DNA of 64,000 nucleotides from an uncultured Verrucomicrobiae bacterium (GTDB lineage: Bacteria > Verrucomicrobiota > Verrucomicrobiia > Chthoniobacterales > JAFAMB01): the NCBI GenBank assembly GCA_963837955.1, contig CAWIPH010000002.1, positions 1,504,001 through 1,568,000 on the forward strand. Direction: 5' to 3'. Below the pieces are notes generated by a model that searched no databases, was not told where the DNA came from, and worked only from the letters and a program-made list of their open reading frames with translations. The translations under genes were made by a program, and so were the position numbers. Of the stretch, positions 21,859 to 31,846 are shown in pieces; the stretch's first letter is position 1; the number at the start of each line of letters is the position of its first letter.

Positions 21859-22542
21859 TTATCGGGTATGCAAGGATTGGATGAGATCGGCGACACCTTC
21901 CCAGCCGATCTGGATACCGATACAGAGGAGGATGAAGGAGGTGAGTCGCAGAAAGACGATGGTGCCGGTCTCGCCGAGGGTCCGGGTTAGAGCTCCGGCA
22001 AAACGATAGCTTAAGTAAATCACGACAGCGGCGAGCGCCGCGCCGATCACTAAAGCGATTAAGCCGACCAATACGGGGAGATGAGTGCCATGGAATTCTG
22101 CGCCTAATGTCATGCTCATGGAGATGGTTCCCGGACCGACCGTGAGAGGAAAGGTCAACGGATAAAAGGCAGCGATAGCTCCAGCCGCTGACCCTCCTGC
22201 GGCCGCCTTATCATGCAACGGTCCGGCAAGGGGTCGAGACTCGTCGGAGCGAAGCAGCTGCCAAGCGGTAGCAGTTACCAGCATGCCGCCTCCTACGCGC
22301 AGGACGGGTAGCGAAACACCGAAAAAGGCCAGTAAAGGTGCGCCGATCAATACGGAACCGATAACTAAGAGAAAACCGGAGATGGCGATCTGCTGCGCCA
22401 TTCTACTCCGAGTCGAACTCGAAAGCCCATCGGTCAGGGTAAGAAAGATGGGCGCCATCCCTGGCGCATTGATTATCGGTGTTAGGGTGGCAAAGACAAC
22501 AAACGCTTTTTGGAACAGGAGCGCGATGAGCGAGGCGGTCAT
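21859..22542 (-). CDS. MarC family integral membrane protein
   Basis: IINAPG, FYPLTFPLTVGPG and hydrophobic helices. Confidence 0.9.
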   Translation of the reverse strand: MTASLIALLFQKAFVVFATLTPIINAPGMAPIFLTLTDGLSSSTRSRMAQQIAISGFLLVIGSVLIGAPLLAFFGVSLPVLRVGGGMLVTATAWQLLRSDESRPLAGPLHDKAAAGGSAAGAIAAFYPLTFPLTVGPGTISMSMTLGAEFHGTHLPVLVGLIALVIGAALAAVVIYLSYRFAGALTRTLGETGTIVFLRLTSFILLCIGIQIGWEGVADLIQSLHTR

Positions 22543-22758
22543 GAGGGAGAGGAGAGGTTCTCAGAGGTGACTGGTAGTTGATCAAAGAAGCAAGACGATC
22601 CCTAGTTTGCTGGGAACCAACGGTAAAGCCTTTCTTAGCCCCGTCCGGGGTTCGGCTAAATGTCCAATGTTAGAGATGCGTCCTTAACCCTTCTTATTAA
22701 GTTGTCCAATGCGCCCAGGATTCGCTTTTGTGATCCGAACGGAAAGGAACCCGACGAC

Positions 22759-23657
22759 ATGAGCCGGCCAACAGTGTTGAAGACCGTCCTGACAGATACG
22801 CTGGAGATAGCCTTTGAAGAAAGCGGTCAAACAAACGGAAAGCCCGTCATCCTCTTGCATGGCTTTCCTGACGACCCGAGAAGCTGGGATAGCGTTGTCG
22901 GTCCCCTGACTGCGGTCGGCTTTAGGACGATTGTCCCTAATCTGAGGGGCTTCGGTCCGACCCGATTCCTGCATGCCGATACCGTTCGGTCAGGCCAACA
23001 AGCGGCCCTGGCATCCGATCTCAATGGGTTAGTCGATGGTCTCAAACTCCAGCAGCCGATCCTGGCCGGTTACGATTGGGGTGCCCGGGCAGCGTGTACT
23101 ATGACTGCTCTTTGGCCTGCGAAGGTTGGAGGGTTGGTTTCGATTGGCGGCTACAACATCGAGGACGTCACCCAGGATCGAGAACCGGCGCCGGCCCGGC
23201 GCGAATACGGTGGTTGGTACCAGTGGTATTTCCATACCGAACGAGGTAAAGCCGGCCTGGAACAGAACCGGCGCGAGGTTTGTCGTCTGCTATGGGAACT
23301 CTGGTCTCCCAACTGGAAGTTTACCGATGCGGTCTTTGATGAGACTGCCCGCAGCTTCGATAATCCGGATTTCGTCGAGATAGTAATCCATTCGTATCGA
23401 CATCGCTACGGGGCGGCACCTGGTGATCCCAGCCTCGGGGCAATGGAGCGACAACTTACGGTCAGCCAATGATTAGCTCACCAACCATTGTGCTGCATGG
23501 CGAAGGCGATGGAGTGCATCCGTCCGAATTGTCAGAAGGTCAGGAAAAACTGTTTTCGGCCTATTATGAACGGCGGGTCATTCCTGTCGCCGGCCATCTT
23601 TTTCCGCGTGAAGCGCCCGATGCCGTGATCGCGGCTATTCGGGATTTGGCGGGCTAA
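22759..23657 (+). pseudogene. Alpha/beta hydrolase (epoxide hydrolase-like), frameshifted near 23465
   Basis: LHGFPDD, GYDWG nucleophile elbow; the C-terminal LHGEGDG...GH part lies in ORF 23469..23657. Confidence 0.85.
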
Positions 23658-23755
23658 ACACATGCCCGAGCAGTCTGTCGGAGTCCGCTGACCAAAATTG
23701 ACGAGCGAGTCTTCAGCGGCGAAGCCGCGACTCAAGATAGCCTAGGGTGAAGCCC

Positions 23756-25119
23756 CATAAGCGTTAACTTGTTTTGTTGCGCTTAGCGGATGCACTCTGG
23801 TATTCTTTCGGGGCATGCAGAGTGGCAATGCGGTAGATGAGGATTGGGATTTGCTGGTCTCGTTTTTCCCCTCCAACTGGAAGGACATGGCTCAGCAGAG
23901 CGGTGCGCTGAAGGGTCTGCGGCAGGATAAATCGGAGGAGCATCTGCTTCGGGTGCTGCTGTTGCATATAGGATGCGGTTTTTCGATGCGCGAGACCGTG
24001 GTTCGAGCCAAGCAAGCCAAACTAGCCCAACTTTCAGCCGTAGCGCTCTTTAAGCGGCTGCGTAAGAGCAAGGATTGGCTGCAACAGCTTTGCCAGGCTT
24101 TGTTTGAGGAGCGAGGGCTTCAAGCCGGCGCTCCCAGCAAGCAGGGGCTGCGCTTGATCGATTCGACGCTGGTAAAGGAACCCGGCAAGACCGGTAGTCT
24201 GTGGCGCATCCATTACAGCCTGCGGTGGCCGACACTGAAGTGCGACTATTTTAAGATTACCGCGGTAGAGGGAGAGGGAAACGGCGAATCGCTGCGCCAC
24301 TTTCCACTTCGCCCACAGGACTACATTTTGGCTGATCGGGGTTATTGCCAAGCCCCTGGAATACACTTTGCAGCCAGTAAGAAGGCCTACGTCACGGCGC
24401 GCCTTAATCCCGACGGTATTCGGTTGCAAACAGAGACCGGCGCCGCTCTGGAACTAGCACAGCGGCTAGAGTCAATCACCAAAACAGGCCAAATTACTCA
24501 ATGGAAAGTCTGGCTGCCTTTGGAGGCTCATCCTGCCCTAGCCGCCCGGCTTTGTGTGATTCGAAAAAGCCAAGCCGCTGCGGCCAGGGCTCAGAAAAAG
24601 CTCCGGCGCAGAGCCAGTAAACAAGGTGCAGCCTTGCAACCCCAAACGCTGCTCTATGCCAATTTTGTGATGGTTCTAACGACCTTCCCCCCAGAAACAT
24701 TCCCTGCAGAATTGATTCTTGAGTCCTACCGCTTCCGCTGGCAAATCGAACTGGTCTTTAAGCGCTTCAAGCAAATCGCTCAACTGGGCCATCTTCCAAA
24801 GTATGACCAGGAGAGCGCCAAAGCTTGGCTTTATGGCAAATTATTCGTCGCTCTACTAACCGAGAAGCTTATCCAGCATGCCAGCGCGCTTTCCCCCTGG
24901 GGCTACAGCTTCCAAATCCAGGCCAGGTGCTAGTCGATGGCGAGAGTTTTTGTTCGCCTTTCATCAGCTCGCCCACGCCCTCCAGCCAGCCCTTTCGCTG
25001 CGCCATCTCATTGAGAATTGGGCCGACATTGCTGATCAGTTGGCCGAGCCCCCTCGAATGCGAAAAGCACAAGAACAAAAGTTCTACGACACAGTAGTCA
25101 AAACAAGTTAACGCTTATG
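23756..25119 (+). mobile_element. IS4-family insertion sequence, 1364 bp
   Basis: 20-bp perfect terminal IR cataagcgttaacttgtttt; 11-bp target duplication gggtgaagccc (23745-23755 and 25120-25130). Confidence 0.93.
23815..24933 (+). CDS. IS4-family DDE transposase
   Basis: IDST, ADRGY and YRFRWQIELVFKRFK (Y-2-R-3-E-6-K signature). Confidence 0.92.
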   Translation: MQSGNAVDEDWDLLVSFFPSNWKDMAQQSGALKGLRQDKSEEHLLRVLLLHIGCGFSMRETVVRAKQAKLAQLSAVALFKRLRKSKDWLQQLCQALFEERGLQAGAPSKQGLRLIDSTLVKEPGKTGSLWRIHYSLRWPTLKCDYFKITAVEGEGNGESLRHFPLRPQDYILADRGYCQAPGIHFAASKKAYVTARLNPDGIRLQTETGAALELAQRLESITKTGQITQWKVWLPLEAHPALAARLCVIRKSQAAAARAQKKLRRRASKQGAALQPQTLLYANFVMVLTTFPPETFPAELILESYRFRWQIELVFKRFKQIAQLGHLPKYDQESAKAWLYGKLFVALLTEKLIQHASALSPWGYSFQIQARC

Positions 25120-25331
25120 GGGTGAAGCCCTAGGAACAGAAATAACAGGCGACCAAGCGCTGAAAGCGCGTGACAGCACGCTACGATGTTTGTCCCTCGG
25201 TTTTCCAAATGGGAGCGCCGAGAACGGTAATTGGTGATTGGTGATTCGTGCGCGGTGAATCGCCGCGAACAAAGCGCCGACCTGTCTCGCGGGAGATTTC
25301 GCAAAGTATGAGGCCGCGTCGCAAGATAACC

Positions 25332-25649
25332 CTAATGAGTCAGTGCAAAGTTCACAACGTCGCTTACGTCAATCGGCACCTCGATCCATTGCGACAAGAA
25401 CTGATCAAACTCAAAATTGGCTTGTTCCTTTGCACCAGGTAGGTCCATATGCCAGGTCTCGCCACAGAATTCTCCACCTGCCCTGAAACGATGTAGATAC
25501 ACTCCTTCGACTTTCTCTTCGATCAGAAGAACTTCAGCAGACGGCATCTGTATGCGCTTTCCCGTTGGATCGATTTTAGGAGGAAAGCCATAGTAATGGC
25601 GCACCTTAGGAACAGTAGGAGTTTTTAAAACCTTAGCCACCAAGCGCAT
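25332..25649 (-). CDS. Small hypothetical protein with TWH...AKxQAxFE motif (possible orphan immunity-like protein)
   Basis: Clean ORF; motif recognised from memory, function not established. Confidence 0.55.
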   Translation of the reverse strand: MRLVAKVLKTPTVPKVRHYYGFPPKIDPTGKRIQMPSAEVLLIEEKVEGVYLHRFRAGGEFCGETWHMDLPGAKEQANFEFDQFLSQWIEVPIDVSDVVNFALTH

Positions 25650-25762
25650 ATGACCACCCGGGATCAGTAACGATCACGTGAGAACTGCTGTGTTCGTCAG
25701 AGACTAGCGCCATCTGTCTTACCGAATCAACTCCCGCGTTCGCTCCACTGAGCGTGTGCCTC

Positions 25763-26075
25763 GCCCAACGTTGGTAGGGCGAAAATTCATTTGAGCCGGT
25801 TCACGGCTACCATCCAATTCTGCGCCGAACTGTCCAAAAGAGCGTATTCCGAAATGCCTTACGCCACGGACCTGAGTGTGGACGATCAGGCTACCTCATT
25901 CTCGCCCTAGGCTCGAATGAATGACCAATGCCAAATGACAGATGACAAAGTTAGCGCTGTGTCGTAAACCGTCGCTGGGCAATATCGTCCTAGTGCTCGT
26001 CGTCGTGCTCGTCCTCGGATGCAACGCTAGCTCCGCCCAGCGTTGGTAGGGCGAAAATTTATTTGAGCCGGGAAC
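25763..26075. repeat. Dispersed repeat family B (about 270-bp composite unit); other copies at about 190-252, 1688-1730, 3811-3868, 30601-30730, 31612-31755 and 34656-35202
   Basis: Shared blocks tcattctcgccctaggctcgaatgaa, 7-mer tracts (aatgac(c/a), aatagca) and gcgttggtagggcgaaaatttatttgagccgg. Confidence 0.88.
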
Positions 26076-26236
26076 CCTGAGCGGCTTACGCACAAAGCTT
26101 GTTTAAGGGTGTGCGATTTGAAACACTGTGTTGCCGATCACCAGAGCGCGACCCGGTTCAGACTCAAGACGTGGCTACGAGCACTACAAAATTATGCCTG
26201 ACACTGTTAGGAGAGTGAAAACTGAAAGCAAGGTGA

Positions 26237-26671
26237 ATGAAAGCGAACGCTAAACCCCTAAGAACTAGCAGAGTAATAGATGACCTAACGAAGCATTTAG
26301 CAGCGATTGCGACCGTTGCTATTTTATTAACCGTCCTAAATGTAAGCGCGGCCGCGCCGCCGTCGGACCTAAAACCCGCTGATCTTCGTGCAGGATCCGC
26401 ACTCCACGTAAAGAGTAACTCGATCTGGTTCACCACTTCGGTAGAGCTCTCCGTATGGCAAGGGTTTGGACAGAAATTTGCTCCGAAAGATGTGGAGACC
26501 TACCAAAACCTAATTCTTGAAAAAAGAATGGCGTGGCAATTCACTAACGAGATGCCCGTCGCAGTCGTGAGCTACGACCCGACGGAACACCAAGTGGAAG
26601 TCAAAATGCTTAGCAAAGGCAGATTTTATAATACCACTTGGTGGATCGATGATAAAGACTGTACGAAATAA
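26237..26671 (+). CDS. Hypothetical exported protein
   Basis: Hydrophobic signal-like segment followed by AAA; no family recognised. Confidence 0.55.
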   Translation: MKANAKPLRTSRVIDDLTKHLAAIATVAILLTVLNVSAAAPPSDLKPADLRAGSALHVKSNSIWFTTSVELSVWQGFGQKFAPKDVETYQNLILEKRMAWQFTNEMPVAVVSYDPTEHQVEVKMLSKGRFYNTTWWIDDKDCTK

Positions 26672-26750
26672 TCGTAAGTGTCCCAAATAGGGGACATCCG
26701 AACTCACAGTACAGATCTAGCACGCCTTGAAGATTCAGGCGTGACCCTTT

Positions 26751-28139
26751 ATGGGGCCCTTTCTCCTATCTACAAACACCGCACTCCATAGTCACCGGTT
26801 TGCTGCGTTAGTTATTCGCTACGTGCGAAATACGCCATCCTTTGATCTTGACGTTGGGCCAGCTTTTGCTGGTAGGGTCGAGGGAATGAAAAGGGTTGCC
26901 TTCATGGAGAACATCGGATGTCTCCGACGGGTGGGAGAATCCGAGCTTTTCGGGAGAACATCGCGGAGACTGTCTAGTTGGTTGGGTATAAGCGTCTCGC
27001 TTATAGCAATTTGCTTTGCATTTGATGACAAGGCCATTTGCCAGCTGACCATTCTGCATAGTTTTGGCGACGGTACGACTCCGAACGACGGATCGCGCCC
27101 GGACGCGGGTCTGATTCAAGGATCGGACGGTAATTTTTACGGCGCGACTATCGGTCAAGCAAAAGACCCAGACGCTTCCGCGAACGGCGGCAACATCTTC
27201 CAGTTAACATCAGGGGGAGTGGTAACCACACTGTATGCTTCTGCACCTGGACACCATGTATTGTCGAATAAACCGTTGCTCTTCTACAATGGAGATCTCT
27301 TCGGTGTCACTTCCGGAGACTTGGAAGGGACGATTTATCGGCTGAGGTTTAGCACACGGCCGGTGCACAAGGCTATATTGCATAATTTCGGGGATGGAGC
27401 GGTGGCCAATGACGGATTGTATCCGCAAGCGAGTATGATCCTAGGATCGGACGGCTATCTTTATGGAACCACCGTTTTTGGGGGTACCGCGAACGAAGGA
27501 ACGATTTATAAGCTAAGTCCGACGACCAATCAGTTCACCATCATCTACAACTTCACGGGGACGGGCCAGGATATCTATCCCCGTGCAGCATTGATTCAGG
27601 CCAGTGATGGCAACTTCTATGGAACTACTTCGGGGAACGCGAGCGGCGGCGCAATGTTTTTGATGACTCCCGCCGGGCAGGTGTTCCCGGTCTACCGCTT
27701 TACCGATGGATCAGCGGTAGTTGCGCCTTTGATCCAAGCCAAGGACGGCAATTTTTATGGAATCACTCCGAACGGTGGCGCTGCAGCCTCGGGTGACGTC
27801 TTTAAGATGACACCGAACTTCGTAGTAACAATTTTGCATTCGTTCGGCCAAGGAACGGACGGGGCAACTCCAGGTGCTACTACCGTAGTTCAAGGACCAA
27901 ATGGCAACCTTTATGGGACTACCCAATTTGGTGGAACGGCGGGAAATGGTGTGGTCTTTGAACTTACCACAGACGGACTATCTTATACCGTCTTGCACAA
28001 CTTCGGTGACGGAAGCATCGTCAATGACGGATCGGTCCCAACATCGACCTTGATTCTGGGATCTGATAACAATCTTTACGGGACGACTGACCAAGGCGGA
28101 TCCAAAAAGCTAGGGACGATCTTTAGGATCAGCCCTTAG
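26751..28139 (+). CDS. Gloeo/Verruco (GloVer) tandem-repeat beta-propeller-like protein; true start probably further downstream
   Basis: Repeated LIQGSDGNFYGTT..GG...GTIF/VLHNF units. Confidence 0.85.
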   Translation: MGPFLLSTNTALHSHRFAALVIRYVRNTPSFDLDVGPAFAGRVEGMKRVAFMENIGCLRRVGESELFGRTSRRLSSWLGISVSLIAICFAFDDKAICQLTILHSFGDGTTPNDGSRPDAGLIQGSDGNFYGATIGQAKDPDASANGGNIFQLTSGGVVTTLYASAPGHHVLSNKPLLFYNGDLFGVTSGDLEGTIYRLRFSTRPVHKAILHNFGDGAVANDGLYPQASMILGSDGYLYGTTVFGGTANEGTIYKLSPTTNQFTIIYNFTGTGQDIYPRAALIQASDGNFYGTTSGNASGGAMFLMTPAGQVFPVYRFTDGSAVVAPLIQAKDGNFYGITPNGGAAASGDVFKMTPNFVVTILHSFGQGTDGATPGATTVVQGPNGNLYGTTQFGGTAGNGVVFELTTDGLSYTVLHNFGDGSIVNDGSVPTSTLILGSDNNLYGTTDQGGSKKLGTIFRISP

Positions 28140-28351
28140 TCGGGAGTTGCTCTTGAACAAATGCGGTTTTGCTGTCGTGCGACTGCGGGGGTGTCAGTAG
28201 CCCGATTGCGAAAACTACCCAAATATCTCTCGCAAATTAACCCAGAACTTGCTCTTCAATCCTTGCGGCTCATCGATGACTTTACAGCTCTCCTAATGCT
28301 GAGAGCCTGGACTTGCGCGCCGCCCGAACCGATCATCTTTCAGCTACGGTC

Positions 28352-30148
28352 ATGAAACCGGAATTCATTGTCCTGGCGCTGATTCTGTTCGGCGCTCTTT
28401 ATCTCTTCTGGACGCAGAGATTGCGAACAGACATCACGGCTCTTCTCGTGATGTTGTTTCTCGCTCTTCCCTGGCCACGACCGGACGGTAAATGGTCAGG
28501 CATCCTGAGCCCGCAGGAGGCGTTCTCCGGCTTTGGCAGCGTAGCGGTGATCATGGTCACAGCCATGTTTGTGTTTAGCGCGGCTATCGTCCGCACAGGT
28601 GCCGCCGAAATGATCGGTGGGCGTCTGTTCAGAGCCTGTGCCCACAACGAACTGCTACTTCAGGTCGCGATACTGTTTTTGGCCAGTGCCTGTTCCATGT
28701 TCATCAATGAGACGACTATAGTTCTCGTTTTCATGCCGGTCATTCTGGGGGTTTGCAAGGAACGCAATCTTTCACCCTCGCGCTACCTGCTCTGTGCCGC
28801 TTATGGCGCGGCACTCGGCGGTCAATGGACGCTAATCGGCACACGCAGCAATATCATTGTGAGCGAGCTTCTCCGCCAACGAACGGACCACGCAATTAAC
28901 TTCTTCGATTTTGCGCCGGTTGCCGCGGTCGTCTTTGGGGGCTGTGCCACCTATTTCTTTCTGGTCGGACGCAGATTTTTGCCGAAAGGCGAGATGCAAT
29001 CGCTGGAGCAGGAACTCGGCAAAGAGTATCTGACCGAGGTGATGGTTACGCCCCAATCGACCACCGTCGGACTAACCCTCGACCAGCTAGACTGGGCCAA
29101 GCGGCAAAATGTAATCATTGTCGGCGTCATTCGCGATGGCGAACAGTTGCCACCCAACGGTTGGATGAAATTGCATGCTGGCGACGCGCTTATTATGCAA
29201 GGTGCTGTACCGACGATCGGCAGCCTCCTCAAATCCCCCGATTTCCAATTCATGGAGGAGGTCAAGATCGGCGAGAAGACACTGCGGAGCCTGGACCTTA
29301 TTACCGTTGAAGCTTTGCTCTCCCCGAACTCCAGGTACACCGGGCGCACCATGCAGGAGACTAATTTCGGCCGTGATTATGGTTTCAGCGTGCTTGGCAT
29401 TTCGCGGCACGGGCAAACCATTCAAGAACGGCCATCTGCCACCCGACTCGAGTATGGCGATTCTCTTCTCTTGCTCGGCCACAACTCGAACCTCGAACGT
29501 CTCGAACGCAATCCAAATCTGATTGTGCTGAGCCAACGACCCTTTCCGACCGCGGGCAAAAGGCAAGCGATCATCACGATGTTGATCCTGGGCTGTATCA
29601 TCTTGACGGCGATCACTGGTGTTCTTCCGCCGGCACTCTCCATCCCGCTAGCTGCCGTCGCCGTGCTGTTACTGGGATGTGTGAAAGTGACTGACACCTA
29701 CAAGTCAGTCGACTGGCAAGCCGTTGCGACCGTCGGTGGAATGATCTCGCTTGGTCTCGCGCTGGAAAAAACGGGTGCCGCTGGAGTTTTGGCTCACGCC
29801 GTGGTCACTAATTTTCAATGGGGCGGCGCGAATTTGATTTTTTGCGCCTTGCTGGCGATGACAGTTGCACTGACTCAAATAATCGAAAACGCTGCGGTTG
29901 CCATTATTCTGGCGCCGATTGCGTACCAAATCGCCCGCGAGGCCCACGCGGATCCAAAGGCTTTCCTGATAGGATTAGCAATTTGTATCTCGACGTCGTT
30001 TTGCACGCCCGTCGCCCACGAGACCACGATGCTGGTGACGGGTCCTGGCCGCTATCGCTTCAAGGATTACCTTACCATCGGGACCGGAATGGCCATCATC
30101 GCCTGGCTGGTCACCACGATCGTGACACCGATGATTTGGAAGTTTTGA
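28352..30148 (+). CDS. SLC13/CitMHS-like anion permease with two TrkA-C domains
   Basis: TLIGTRSN motif, central RCK_C repeats, SFCTPVAH and GPGRYRFKDY motifs. Confidence 0.9.
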   Translation: MKPEFIVLALILFGALYLFWTQRLRTDITALLVMLFLALPWPRPDGKWSGILSPQEAFSGFGSVAVIMVTAMFVFSAAIVRTGAAEMIGGRLFRACAHNELLLQVAILFLASACSMFINETTIVLVFMPVILGVCKERNLSPSRYLLCAAYGAALGGQWTLIGTRSNIIVSELLRQRTDHAINFFDFAPVAAVVFGGCATYFFLVGRRFLPKGEMQSLEQELGKEYLTEVMVTPQSTTVGLTLDQLDWAKRQNVIIVGVIRDGEQLPPNGWMKLHAGDALIMQGAVPTIGSLLKSPDFQFMEEVKIGEKTLRSLDLITVEALLSPNSRYTGRTMQETNFGRDYGFSVLGISRHGQTIQERPSATRLEYGDSLLLLGHNSNLERLERNPNLIVLSQRPFPTAGKRQAIITMLILGCIILTAITGVLPPALSIPLAAVAVLLLGCVKVTDTYKSVDWQAVATVGGMISLGLALEKTGAAGVLAHAVVTNFQWGGANLIFCALLAMTVALTQIIENAAVAIILAPIAYQIAREAHADPKAFLIGLAICISTSFCTPVAHETTMLVTGPGRYRFKDYLTIGTGMAIIAWLVTTIVTPMIWKF

Positions 30149-30316
30149 TTCGGCGCGAATGACCTCACGCAAAGACGCAAAGGATGGGAAGATTACCGTG
30201 CCCTGGATCCGGCGCGTTGAAACTTGTTTTCCGATTGAGGAGCAAGATCTCAAAACGCAAATCGACCAAAGAAGGCCGAAGGGGTCTCCCGGCCAGTAAA
30301 GGGCCTTACTGGCCGT

Positions 30317-30562
30317 TCAAAAGTTCCCAGCTAGTTGGGCTAATCCTCGGAGAAACTGGAATCCGCCGAATACGATCGCTCCCCAAGCAACGATATAGTG
30401 CCCTCCTCCGGAAGCTGCCTGGTATGTCAGAACTGTGACGAGAGTGCCGCCAATGCACCAGATAGCCCCTATCACGATATTCTTTTTGGCGACCTCCCGG
30501 TTAGCCTTCTTCCCCAATTCGAATATGTTTTTGCCTGCTGTTTTTTCTGCTTCGTTGTTCAT
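30317..30562 (-). CDS. Small two-TM membrane protein
   Basis: GAIWCIGGTLVT and YIVAWGAIVFG helices. Confidence 0.6.
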   Translation of the reverse strand: MNNEAEKTAGKNIFELGKKANREVAKKNIVIGAIWCIGGTLVTVLTYQAASGGGHYIVAWGAIVFGGFQFLRGLAQLAGNF

Positions 30563-30801
30563 ACTTCAGCTCTTAAGGAAGAGTGCAACGTGTGTGACAG
30601 ACTCATTCTCGCTCTAGGCTCGAATGAAATAGCAGATAGCAAATAGCAGATAGCAAATCGTCGTCGTCCTCGGATGGAACGCTAGCCCGCCCAGCGTCGG
30701 TAGGGCGAAAATTTATTTGAGCCGGGAACCCCTGCGGCTCACGCAGACAGAAACATCATGAAAATCATGAAATCTTCGGACTGATTTGGTACCGTGCGTT
30801 C

Positions 30802-31626
30802 ATGGCTGGTTCGATCCCCCCGCAAGCGGAGCTCGAAAAAACCTATAACGCGGCGGCCGATCATTACGATCTACCTCCGCTTTCGTTCTGGGATTGTTAC
30901 GGCCGGCGGACCGTCGATCGTCTCCCACTCGCTCCTGGCATGGCCGTTCTTGATGTTTGTTGTGGAATGGGCGGGTCCGCCATTCCGGCCGCCGAACGGG
31001 TCGGACCAACTGGTCAGGTTATCGCTGTCGACCTCGCCGAGAAGCTCTTAAATAAAGGATCCCGAAGAGCCGCCGAACAAGGTCTGTTAAATATCGACTT
31101 TCGCCGCGCCGACCTGGCAAGCCTGCCATTCCCCGATCGAATGTTCGATGCCGTACTCTGTATCTTTGGAATCTTTTTCGTCCCAGATTTGCGGGGAGCG
31201 ATTCGAGAGCTGTGGCGGCTTGTCCGCCCGAGCGGGGTGCTTGCCATCACGATTTGGGGTCGCGGCCTATTCGAACCGGCTGACGGCATCTTCTGGGAAG
31301 CAGTTCGCCGGGAGGACCCGGAGCTTTTCGGATCAATCAAACCATGGAGCAAGATTTTTGAGCCCGAGCCGCTCTGCGCGCTCCTGTGCGAGTGCGGCGT
31401 CACCGACCCGGAAGCGGTCACCGAAGCAGGATGGCATCCGATTCGAGCGCCCGAAGACTGGTGGACCATCGCCCTCGGCTCCGGTTATCGATCCACCGTC
31501 GACGCTCTATCCCCTCCGGACCGTGAACGAGTCAGAGCTGCATCGATCGAAGGGGTGCGGCTAGCGGAAATTAGACAGCTTCGCACCGATGTGGTGTACG
31601 CCACCGCCCGACGCTCGAATGAATGA
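30802..31626 (+). CDS. Class I SAM-dependent methyltransferase
   Basis: VLDVCCGMG motif I, LPFPDRMFDAV and LVRPSG motifs. Confidence 0.9.
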   Translation: MAGSIPPQAELEKTYNAAADHYDLPPLSFWDCYGRRTVDRLPLAPGMAVLDVCCGMGGSAIPAAERVGPTGQVIAVDLAEKLLNKGSRRAAEQGLLNIDFRRADLASLPFPDRMFDAVLCIFGIFFVPDLRGAIRELWRLVRPSGVLAITIWGRGLFEPADGIFWEAVRREDPELFGSIKPWSKIFEPEPLCALLCECGVTDPEAVTEAGWHPIRAPEDWWTIALGSGYRSTVDALSPPDRERVRAASIEGVRLAEIRQLRTDVVYATARRSNE

Positions 31627-31846
31627 CCAATGACAGATGACAAAGTTAGCCCATTAGCTGCGTCGTAAACCGCCGCTGGCAATCGTCGTCGTCCTCGGAT
31701 GGAACGCTAGCCCCGCCCAGCGTTGGTAGGGCGAAAATTTATTTGAGCCGGGAACGCCGGAACGCCGGGAACGCCGGCAACACCGAGAACGCCGGGAACG
31801 CCGGCAACGCCGAGAACGCCAAACGCCGAGAACGCCAAACGCTCCG

